The notes beneath the pieces were generated by a model. The model did not search any database, was not told the DNA's origin, and saw only the letters and a list, made by a program, of their open reading frames with translations. A stretch of 64,000 nt of DNA from Amphiscolops sp. MND2022 (Eukaryota). Both the position numbers and the translations under genes were made by a program. Shown in pieces: positions 11,901 through 23,900 of this stretch; position 1 is the first letter of the stretch, and every line of letters begins with the position of its first letter. The stretch spans positions 41,788,001-41,852,000 of the forward strand of contig OZ076411.1 in NCBI GenBank assembly GCA_964187785.1, in the 5' to 3' direction.

Positions 11901-14900
11901 TCGTTGCCCCGAGTTATTGAGATGATGCGAATGAGTGTTATTCGTTCGTTGAGAGCTTCGCCTGCATCCAAATGCGAATGCGATACTTCGTCTACGCTTA
12001 GTAGTTATATCTTCTTTAGTCCGAGAAAAATTAAAGGCGGCGTAAACTTGTACAGTGATTACATGTAATTGTGCGCTAAATAATGATTAAACAAGATTAA
12101 GATTTTTTTTATTTGTATATTCATTCCAGTTACTTGTAGGATTCGATTTCACTTCATCTAAGCTTTCAATCTCAACAACGCTTAGCCCAGACGAAGAAAC
12201 TCATTGTATATGATGTTCAATAGCTTTCTGTTCAGCTGCTCTAGTAGCAAAATACGTATTGAGTCAAGAGGGCTGTCATCAATCAAGCAAAAATAAGTTG
12301 TTTTTGAAAACTTCCAAAATACTCTCATTTTCCTCATTTGTCAACTTCGAACAAGACAACAATCAAAATGGCTCACCTAATAAATATACCATTCGCACCC
12401 AGTTTTTAAGGCAACCATTCGGACACTTATGAGCATAATGGGCGAAGTCCAAATTAATCTGCCCTGGATGTGATAATTGTTTTGGGTCTCCTGATGCGCA
12501 TATCAAATCATCTCCAAATGGAAGAAACGAGTCTCGAACGTTTTGAAGAATCAAATCAATGGCGGAGAACTCCTCCGCGCAAATCATACCTATTTCCTCA
12601 AAATAAATCACATCCAACCTTCTGGAGCACTGTCAATTTTACTGAGTCGAAAGTCAACTTTTGGAGAGCCTTCTGTACAATTTCATCAACATTACTGCCA
12701 CTGGAATCCGGGAGACGGAACAAATGTGTGTTCCAGAGAACTGCATGGAGCGTTCACTGCTCAGGGAAGCGACCATGACATTCAATGCTTTGCACATAAC
12801 GTGAAAATGGGTTATTACAAACGTTTTGAAGAGGAACTTGAAAATTTGTCAGCAGAATTCATCAAAGAAACCATGACAACCACCTGTTCATCGTTGAAAT
12901 TGAAATCTGTACTCAACAATGGGTAATAAGTTAGGGCGGAGTCAGTGTTACAGATCAGCAAATCCACAGTTGCGGGCCTTCGCCCATCTGTTATTAAATT
13001 ACGTATTTGAATATTCACCTTGTCAATACTGTTCGAAAGACTGGTTCAAATCGTAATTACATTGCTCCTGTAACGCTAAGTTAACAATCGTGGGTGTTTC
13101 ACTTCGTCTTCAATATTTAATATTTCTGCTTTAGCAGGAATATTATTGAAATCTGGAAGCGTCTACTTTTTTTCAGAACAATTTTTCGGACGATCTGAAT
13201 AATTCAGATATTTTGTTCGGCAGTGAGTGTGAGCGAGAGATTTAAATTCAATTCTAGTGCGATGGAACGAGCGAGTGGTAATTATCCATTCGTATGCTGA
13301 CGTCATTGAGATGAAGCGAGCGAATGTTCGTAATTGTGCTTTCGTTGCCCCGAGTTATTGAGATGATGCGAATGAGTGTTAATTATTCGTTCGTTGAGAG
13401 CTTCGCCTGCATTCAAATGCGAATGCGAAACTTCGTCTACGCTTAGTAGTTATATCTTCTTTAGTCCGAGAAAAATTAAAGGCGGCGTAAAGTTGTACAG
13501 TGATTACATGTAATTGTGCGCTAAAGAATGATTAAACAAGAGTGTACTGGTATTCCAGATATGATTCTTTTATTAATGAATTTTTTTGTTTTAAAAAAAA
13601 TAAAGATTAAAGCAGAAATAGTACTGAGACCCGGAGGGGCCTATTTTTGTAAACAAAAAACTGAGAGCTAACTTGGCGTCGATTACCTGTCTATCCCGTG
13701 AGACATGAGAACCCGGTACGAAGACAACACGTTTCAGAAAGAAGTCTTTCGAAATGGAATTAACTTCGTCAACTGTAACAGAATTTGCATTACTTATTAA
13801 ATTTCCCGCTTGGTATGCGGAAACAGTTTCCCCCCTCATATGAATCAAACTGTTTCGTACCTACCTAACTTTGAAAGAAGACTAATCAGGAAGTAAGGTG
13901 AATGCTCTGTTATAACTTTGGAAGAAAACCGCTGGTTTTTTAATATATCACCAATGTCAATGAAAAACTGGGTATTGGAACTCGAAAACAATCAAAATGT
14001 TTTCGATTTTACAGGTGAGGTCTCCCGGAAATCAGCAGCATAATTGAACCTACCACCTTGCATATCGTTGGACAACTCGTACAAGTTTTGGTACCCCTCA
14101 ACTACTTTTGCTGATCCCAATTCGTTGACTATATGCGAAGCCTCTTCAGAATGTGGTTTCTCAATGAGTTTGAAAAAGGTTTTATTGGAAGCTTCAAATA
14201 TTTTGAACCTTCAGTTTTGCCACTGCTGTCGCATTTTTGACATCGGAAAGCTGCTTTCTAACAACTATGGCTCAACGATGCCTCTGTTAGTTCCATCAAA
14301 GTGTCAATATATTTGTCGTTCTTAACGTTTGTATTGCTAATATCGTATTTTTTCAATTCCAAATTAATGAAGTAACTACCTATATGACCCTGCAATTCTA
14401 TTCCTAATTAAGGGATCGCTTTTTTTTCTCCGAAGATTATATGTTAATGGGACGCTTTACCTTTAGATGTCTGGAATTCAAATTGTGGGGAAATATTTGT
14501 AATTGTCCCTAGGGGCTAGTCATCAGAGACCTCTATATATTCCGTTAAAAATGTGACCGCCCTCTACCATAGCCTCATATCAAGCGTCACAAAGCCGTCA
14601 AAAAAATTTTGGCGCTTTCCACGTTCCATATTTTCACTTTCTCTGTAAGTTTTTTAAGTGGCGCAGACTGATTTAATGTCAATGTCAAAAAAACGTAGGT
14701 TTTTCAGACCAAATAACCGAAGCTAACTCTGACAATTTTTCTGCTATGCTCTTCATTCATTCGTATCTGAGCTCTAGATATTTCAGTGTCTATGTGAGAA
14801 AGTTCTTGCAAACCACGATTGAGGACACACCTGGAATCCCTACATATCATTTTGAAATTCGAGAAACAAAAAAACTGAATCATCATTTAGTCACTGGATG

Positions 14901-17900
14901 TAAGAAGACAAATTTATCAAACGAGACCAAATATGTGACAATAGATCAGCGAAGTTGTTGTACATGTTGCAATTGGGAGGGCCAAGAAAAACAGACGGAA
15001 CAGCGCCACAAAACGAACGTTTCTCAGCCTGATAATGCAACGGCGGAGAAAACAGAACTGCTTCGGGGAATGTTAACGGAGCACTTTCGCCAGGATACTT
15101 GGAGGAAACGCCATTCCTCTCTACTGAAATGTGTTGGGTTACTTGGTCTGTTCAGAACAGAGTTTGAGAACACGTGAATTTCTATTGACCTCAAATTGTC
15201 GTATGAATTATATTGCACAGCTTCGTCACTATCATCAGTCTCGTGACAATTTTCAGCAATTCCAGAATCAATAGGAACGTCTACTGAGTTGCCGTGATCA
15301 TTGCTATGTAAGGTAAAATCCTCATTGTTCTGTGTATCATCTTCATCATAAACCGTTTCCAATTCATTTGATGAAATAACGGAACCACGAAAAGTGATCA
15401 ACCATTTGGAGTCAATTTTCATTCCTCGAATTCAATTCTTCCGCTGTGTTCTGGGACAATCCTTTTGCAACAAACTGTTTAAGAGTTTTGCATCTTTTCT
15501 TCTATGTAAAAGTGTTTCGTGCTCAACGCTTTCTGTCGAAATTTTCTCGAAAACCCTTTTTTTCGGAAAAGAAACAAGAAACCTGCAAAGGAAGCATTCA
15601 GCTTGAACACGAAACTGTTGAATAATTTTCTCTCGACTAACAATCTAAGACAGCCGCAGCAAAACGATCAGCGAATGGGTTCTAAACCCTACCTGTGGGA
15701 TGCTCAGGCAAATGTAATTACTGCTTATCGATTTTCCCACCGTGATCCCTACAAGTCAATAAAAATACATCATCATCATTCAATACTAAAGATGGGTGTT
15801 TCGAGGGAGACTGTACATCATTGGAAAAGAGTGCATCGTGTTGTTAGTAGTCAGGTCGCATGGCTCGTAAGTACTCGTTTTGCTGGGAACTGAATTGATT
15901 CAAAGACGGGAGAACGTTTCCAAGATGATGAACGAAGTCGATCTTGTACTCTTAAATGAATTCTTCGCATCCTGCAGATTTTTTACACGGGAAATATCGG
16001 TCGACGTTTTCAATCTCCTTTAGCTTCTATTTTGTTTTGAACCGATTGACCGATTCGATCCGCTCAGACATCGAAGAATACAGAGCTGGTAGGCAAGTCG
16101 ATGTTTTCAAAAATGTTTGCAAGCTGTCTTATTTAGGCAACTAGCCTCATTTCAGCTGACAAATGTTTCAAAAATGTTTGATCATTCAGCAGTTGCAGAA
16201 TACAGAAGGCTAAGCAAGTTTGAAATAACAATGCTTTCAAATTGTGGAAAGAGTGGATTTCAATAGCTGTTGCAGATTTGACAGTGTAACGTTATCGGAA
16301 TTATAAGAGAGAGGAAGTATAATGACGTCGCTTAAGAGAATTCGACTGACTAGTTGTAAATTGCGAAGGTTGAAAAAGTTGCTAATTCGGAAACAACTGG
16401 AACACGTCTCATCTTCTGAGCAAAGGTCTTTCATAGTTACCTCACTTCCGGGACTAGATGACAAGACTTCGAATGCATCATCATTCAACGAACATCGAAT
16501 ACAACATCATTCAACGGGAACATCTATTACCTTCGGTTATTCTTCCGCATCCAGAACGTTTTTTCTGCATAGGCTTTCTCTCCAAGGGGTTCAAGAACCG
16601 TATCGAAGAAATCTGGAACGACAAGTCGATGTTTATGATGGAACCCAAAAAGTCACTTTACTCGTATCAGTTTGACAAAAAAACGCGGAATACCGTTTTG
16701 AACACAAGAATTCTCGCTGTCTTTGCATTACCTCACACTCAAGTTTTGAATTGGAAAAAATTTTGATGAATTTAAATTTTATTCGAAACCAGGCAATGTT
16801 ATAAACAAGCAATAAAACAACTAGCAATAAAAATTGGGTTTAAAATTTATTCAAAACCAGGCAATGTTATAAACAAGCAATAGAACAACAAATATAGCAG
16901 TCAGATGTCAGCCCAAATAGAGGAATAGAAACGAAACCACCTTTATCAAAGGTATCTTTCTGTGTATAAAGAAAAGAAAGAACATCGAATAACAGAAGAT
17001 AAAAATGTCGATGTTTGCTCAATAATGTAAATGAATCAATAAAACACTTCGATAGGTATGCTGGAAAAAAGTAAAACGAATAAAGTTGTGAAAAAGGAGA
17101 ACTAACAATTTATCTTCTTCTGGATGACTCTTCTCAGTTTGGTTTTGACTTCATCCTCAATGTGAAATTTATCACGACCAAGAACCGATTTGTTACTGAT
17201 GGAGCAGGCGACTCTTATGAATTTGTATCCAAAGCACTTATTGAGGGCCAGCAAAGAATTCAACTCCTGAATTGGTTCACTAGTGCCATCATGGCGTGGT
17301 GGCACGCCAATTGCAATTACACGGCCTGCTGAGTTGGCCATTAGAAAGTTTGCCAACCTCATCAGCCTGGAATCAAATCATATGACTGTTTAACATAAAA
17401 CTTACTATACCGAAATTCGTCATCAAAAATTTGAAGTTGAGTGAGAAGAGAAATTGCTCACACGAAACGACGAACAGTTGGGCCCAATGATACCATTCTT
17501 CTTTTTCTGTTCAAAGCAGTTTCCTCCACAAACGACCGCAATGTTCAGTGCTTTGTGGCTATTGACCAAACACTGCTCAAGGTCTTGAAGCCTGGCGCTT
17601 TTAATTGAAATTAAATCTATCATGCCCGTTCGAAAACCCCACACGCAGGAGTTTTCTACTCTAAACTTGTTCCACTAGGAAGGTCATTGAGTTCAGAATT
17701 AAAATAGTTTGTATAGCTCAAAAAAATAAATTTCAATACCAATGGACATTTGTATAAGCTTTTCAGAGCATTTGGCCACCCTCGTATTGGTACACCGTCG
17801 CTCGACATGATATGAACATTAATGGAGACATTGCGGGGGTAAAACGCTTGAAAGCAAAAGGGGAGGAAACTGGATTTAAAACATTTTAATTTTAATAGAA

Positions 17901-20900
17901 CATCTATTCCGTGAAAAAGATCTTCGCTTCTTGGACTCCAGTTGAACAGAGTATGGCTCAATAGTTTTAATTGAAATCAACATTCTCATCCTATTAACGG
18001 ACCAAGGGTTACCTACCTTAGCACTCACCTATCTCTTCAGGAAACGCGGTGTCGAAAAGCGTGCCAGGCCTACTGTGGCGAGTAGAACTACTTAATTAAT
18101 CATTTCAAATTTGAACAATCATAGCAAGTACACACTAAAACAAGGCAACCTCAGTCAACGAGTCATTCTGAACGTCCTTTTTCTTCTCAGTTATAGGGCT
18201 TTCCACGTGCATCCACTTGCAATCCTAGTTGTGTGGAAGTTTCTCAACCTTGCTTGGCTTGAAGTTGAAAAAAAAAATTGAATATTTCGAAAAATTCATC
18301 TGAATGGGGAATGCTGAAACTGCGGCAAATGGGCTAAATGGTCTTGCTGGGGAAAATATGGGCAAGGGTTACCCCCTGTGCCTGTATTTCGGAAAAGGTC
18401 GGGCAAAAACGGCAGAGATAGACTGGTATTTCAAAAATTTGCAGAAAAAATGTCAAAAAGTTGGTTATTTCTCCGTAAATTCAATCCGATTTGGACTAAA
18501 ATACGTTTACGGGCTCTACTTGAAGTGCTGGACAATTTCGACGGCCGATACAGTATCGCTCCGAGCACCCTGGAAGGAAATATAGCCACTCAAAGTTGAA
18601 AAAGTTAAAAATTAGCAATTTTTCACTAAAAAAATGTCAGTTTTGACCAACATTTTGCTCTTTCCCGGGAAAGTGGCAAGAGGGATTGTTCTTGTATCGG
18701 GATTCTGGAGCCGCATGCAAAGTTTGAGCATAATCGTAGGGCTTGTTTTCGAGATCGTGTTTTTGAGTGGTGGTTTCCTACGGTGTATTTTTGGCAGAGG
18801 GGGCAGATTCATGAAAGTTAATTTCCTCTGAAAATTTTTGTGACCATATGATCTTCCGTTAGATCCTTGATGCTGTAAGTCTACAAAAATGTCACTTTTG
18901 TACATTTTCAGGGCGTGGAGAGTGCAAAACAGGAGTTAAGTCAGATGCTGTTCTGGGGTTCCAAGGGTGTCAATCGCGACATGGCAGCAGCTGTGCAGTA
19001 TTATCGACAGTTGGCCCTGGCAGGGGATGTCAACGCCCACTATGACCTTGGTGAGATATTCCAGTATTCACAGCCAGTGTGTCCATTTTTGTTAATTTAA
19101 TAGGAATTTTAATTTAGAAATTAATTTCAAATAGCCATGACTACAATAATTCAAATTATCATGGATTTAAATTTGAGTGTCAATAAAAATGGTACTCAGT
19201 TCAAAAACTTGACACTGAAAACCAGCTCAAAATGGGTACCTCGAAGGCCCGGCTAATTCTTTTTGGCACTGATTTATAATTGCGTAATAATGTAAATTAT
19301 CGCAATTATTTTTTTCGTAATTTAAATCATGAAAAATCCTTTGTTAAATAAATGGACATCACTGATTCACAGCATTGGCATTTACTTATGGCATTTAATA
19401 CTATGCTTAGAGTAGTGAGCCCTCAAGAGTTAACTATCTCCTAGTTTAAATAACAATCATTCCCAATGGTCACGTGGTTTTTGTTTTTCAAAGGGTTTCT
19501 ATGACTTAGTTGGTCTGGAGTATCCTGGGGTATCTTTATATCGGCAATTTTGTGGAAAAATCGGTGAAGAGTGGTATATCCTGACTGTATATCCTGTAAT
19601 ACAGTCATTTTTACTGTCTTTCATTACCTGTATAGTTCTTAAAAATGTCCAGTTCGACCTGTTTCCGGCTTTAATCAGTCGCGTCCGGCGCATCTCTAAC
19701 CATAAGTGTTTCCAGTGTTTGTATGGTTGGATTTTATCATCTTGGTTATGTAGAAATTTTGGTTGGATTGATTCCCCACGACAGACTTTTTTGCCATTCA
19801 TTTCGGCCGCCGAGCTAATGCACTTTGTTTGGGCTGATAATGCATCTCTTAATAAGAGTAACTCAAATGTTTAAGGCATCGCCCTCATTCGAGGCCAAGG
19901 CGGCGAGGTGAACGTGGAGGAAGCATTACGTCATCTGAATGCAGCTGCCGAACATGGGCATCAAAAGGCGGTGGGTGCTCTCGGTTGGCACCACCTGTTA
20001 AACGAGAACTACGAACTGGCATTCAAGTATCTCCAAATGGGCGCTGAAAAAGGTCAGCTTGTTGAAGCCAGCCTTCTTTATCCATTTTTTGTCCTAGCTG
20101 GAATATTATTAAAATGTGGACAGCCAAAAAATTTTCAGTCGGTTCATGAAATAAAACTATTTTATAGCGACTAATATAGTTGGTAGGATTTTTCTCCGGT
20201 CAAAATGGCAAAAACGATCTATAATGCGCTTATCTAAAGAGGCCCTAGATTTTTAAGGGTCTTTCTATTCATTCTTAAACATTTTTTCTTTCAAAGTTTT
20301 GTGTGGGAATTTGGCACTGTACAATTTTTATCATTTCAAAAAAGCCCCCTTTACGTTTTATTCGGCATTGTGCTAATTTTACTCCAAGCGTTTTTGATTC
20401 AACAAAATGGTTACCGGTTTGGTTTTTTTATGTTTTCAGATGTTTTTCAAATTCAGTTTTTTGCGACACTGAGATGTGATTATTTTCGAAAAAGTCCATG
20501 AGCGACTTGAAGTACTTACCGCTTTTTTAATCTGGATCGAGTTATGGGCCTATGTATGTCGTTCCTGATTTTTCACCAGATTATCGTTACAAATTTCCTC
20601 TCATAGCAGCTCGCCTAAGTCTTCGAGTCTTTTTCGTTGTGAGACTTCGTCTGCGTTCAAGTAAGAAGACAAACCGTTCAATGATAGTCTTTTATTCGAG
20701 TGACAATGATTCTAGTTTAAGATTTGGATGCTTCCAGTCAAAGTTCGCAAAGCTCAAAAAATGTTTGAGAAGTCTGTTTGGAATTGGAGGATTTCTCCTG
20801 GAAATTTTCTTCAACTGATTTTATTCATAAGATATATAAATAATTGATGGATGCGTTATTTTTAACTTTTATGTACCTTTTTGCAATTGCAGAGATAGTA

Positions 20901-23900
20901 GTGAGCCCCGAATGCGGAGATTTTTACCATGAGATTATTCATTGTTTTTTTGTTCATTTTGCTGATGGTTTTTAGTCGGCACCTTTTCCTTTAAAAGGAA
21001 AAAAGCCCGACTATTACAGTGACTAGTTTTTTTTCGTCAGACATGTATGCGTAGTGGACACGTTTTCTAAAGAACTACTTAACAACTGGACCGGAAAGCG
21101 GAAACGCATCTAAGTTAGTACAAAGGGTCCCCCTTTCATGTATTCAATTTTAACAAGATACAATACCTGACGGGACTATAGGGTCCCCCTTATTTTTTTT
21201 TTGATATTTTGCAACAAACTGGACTTTCAAAAAGCTCAAAAGGTCCCCCTTTACAATTTTAAAAACTTTGCGCTTGAGCCGTAGATATAGCGCCGACTTT
21301 AGACGTTCCCGTCTTTTATCATCAAGTGTAAAGTGCATTTATCGTAAAACGAGAGCGAACCGTATTCTAGTCAAACAGGCTCCATGTTGACATTCAAGCC
21401 CCAAGAAATATTGAAAAGGTAATCTTGTGAAGGCTGTCGCCTGGAGGCAAAAACAGTTTACTGTAATACAGCTTTTACAGAAAGCGCTGACGAAAAACAT
21501 TTCATGATGGTCTCCTCGTCTGATATTCAAATAGTGGTGTTGGCTTCGTGTATCCTTAGCCTCAGAAAAACCAAACTTCCTTAGTAGAAATGCAGCTCGA
21601 AGAGCGGATTCCGGTTTTATTACTTGTAAGCTGGTTAAATACGATGTCATGAAACTGGTTAAATTTTCAGGGGACACGGATTCGATGCATAATCTTGGCT
21701 ACCTCTACGATCGGGGATTGACTCCTGATGGATACAGAAACAACAGTGCAGCCTACATTCAGTACATCAGAGCCGCCCACTTAGGTCACCCCACGTCTTC
21801 AATAGCTGTTTCGGTTGGTCTCATTTACGGGGATGGCATCATGTTGCAGGACCCTGTCAATGCAGTGGGATGGGCTAGGGGAGTGGCTGAAGAATTGACA
21901 GATGTGGGAAAACTTCTCAGGCAAGGCTTACAGGTACTTCGGTTTTCTTCAAGTTGATTGGTTATCATTATCAATTATTATCTATCGATTATAAACTATA
22001 CAAGAGGCATTGTGGTACTGTGATATTTTTCGCATTTTTATACAAGATGCCTTCGCTTGAGGTTGAAAATTTTTCAGTGATAAATTTATTCACATGAGTG
22101 AGACATGAAGTTGCTGATTTAACTAGAAGTATGCTTCAGTTTCAAAAAATCGCTGTTAGCCAGATTCGAACCCTTGACCACAACGCCATCTGAGATAAAA
22201 TTCGACAAATGCACAGCATCCAACTCATGACCTGTCTATAACACCTAGTCATACTAAGCCTCTATGTAGACCTGTGACCTGTGGAACTTTTAGCCCAACT
22301 AATTAGTCCAATTCCTGTGTTTTCAAACACCCTAAATATCTCAGTGCAAAAGTGAAGGGACCACGCTTTTGGCTTGAAAGAGGCTGCTTTGAATTGAAAA
22401 CATCGGGAGCATAAACGAAACGAAAACACTTGTCGAAAAAATTCAAATGTCTCACAGTGCCTCAAACAGTGTGAGTGGGGAACCCATTGGGCACTCAAAT
22501 TGCTAATCCCCAAGTAATAATATCCACAAAAAAAAACAGAAAAGCAAACACTGTGCTATGAAAAACAAGACGAGAACGTTTAAACTCGGCGCTATATCTA
22601 AGGCTAAAAAGCTAAACTTTTTAAAATTGTAAGAGGGAGGGGGGACCTTGGGCTTTTTGAAAATCCAGTTTGTTGCAAAAGATCAAAAAAAGTCGCGTCC
22701 GGTTTTGTAGGTTAACTTAAAAAAGTAAAAAATGAAATGGGGGACCCTTTGCACTAAGCTCGTATTGGCCGGACTTGGTCTTAGTGGTTTCAGGAGTTTC
22801 TCTGAAAAGTGGACCGATCAGTGTGAGTCTGAAGAAAAAAAATGTCGTTGTAAGAGTCGGCCATATTTCCTTTAAAGGAAAAAGCGCTGACTAAAAATCA
22901 GCAATCAAACACTTTTTTGAAAATTTCAAAAGCGGCCTTTAGGTATGTTTACGCTTCAGATGTTAAGGTAATGTGTAGTACGTTGTAGAACTTTTCGTAC
23001 TTCGGCCGGATTGAAGAAAAGCCACTGTAGTTGTCATCTTGTTTTTCTAATGTTTATCGACTAAAATCATGAATTTCCCTTACCTTTGTAGCCAGACCTC
23101 ATTTAGTTCGGAAATAACGTCAAAACTTTGGATATAACGCATTTTTTGTTTTATAAACATTGTATCAGATTACGGTAACAACATAGTCAAATTTGAAATA
23201 TACAAAAGTTCGACAGCAGTTGGATTCGAAACCCCGCGTTGTTCTTAGCAAGATCTGCTTTAATTTGGATATAACATCACTTTTTGCTCTTTGTTATATT
23301 ATTCACTGAAACCGGTATTAGTGGTTCAATTTCTAAACAGGACTTCTAAACTGGTTAGATTCGACCCCAGTTACTGTTACCCCCTGTTAAAGATATTAAA
23401 CTGAAAGCATCATGAAAATTGAAGAGCATCCCTTGGTGGAACGATTTTTTATTGAAAAAAATTGCACAGTGCTGAAATTTACTATGGACGGGCCTTTTTA
23501 AGCACGATAAACGCATTTTCCTAACTGAAAACGTCGGAAAAAAAACTAATGAGAATTTTCAGTAAAATGATTTTTTTTTCAAAAGTGACATGGTGCCGAT
23601 AAAGCCCAAAGATGAAATTCTTTGGTCTCGTATACCTTTGCAAAAGGAAAATTTAAGGTGTTCAAGAATTAAAGTGTTTTGTTATTGTTATCAAGAAATG
23701 ACCGGAATCATGAATTTGATCTGTTTTATTGCATTTCTCGCATGGCAAAACTAAAAGTTTTTCATGATTGGAATTCTCCGTTATACGTTTTGTTAACCAC
23801 GGCCCCGAGAAAGTTGCGGAAGCAACTTACCGCGATTTCCCGCGCATTTCAATCATTTTGAAATTCCGCGCATTCTTGCAACTTTTCCCGCGCTTTTCGT

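Larger units (their letters stand above)
9500..15450 (-). mobile_element. Decayed Helitron-like element (PIF1-family helicase followed by GIY-YIG nuclease); boundaries approximate
   Basis: PIF1 motifs II/III (DVIYFEEIGMI..PFGDDLICASGDPKQL), V (QSPLENYMAMTIYMAMG) and VI (EQLYALENRV) on the minus strand, followed by a GIY-YIG-like segment. Many stops and frameshifts. No intact Walker A or HUH Rep motif is visible. Confidence 0.6.

Noticed and set aside
13620-13660. GPSGSQ as the helicase Walker A
   Set aside because: Lacks GK(T/S) and is too far from motif II; the expected Walker A position near 11375 appears deleted.
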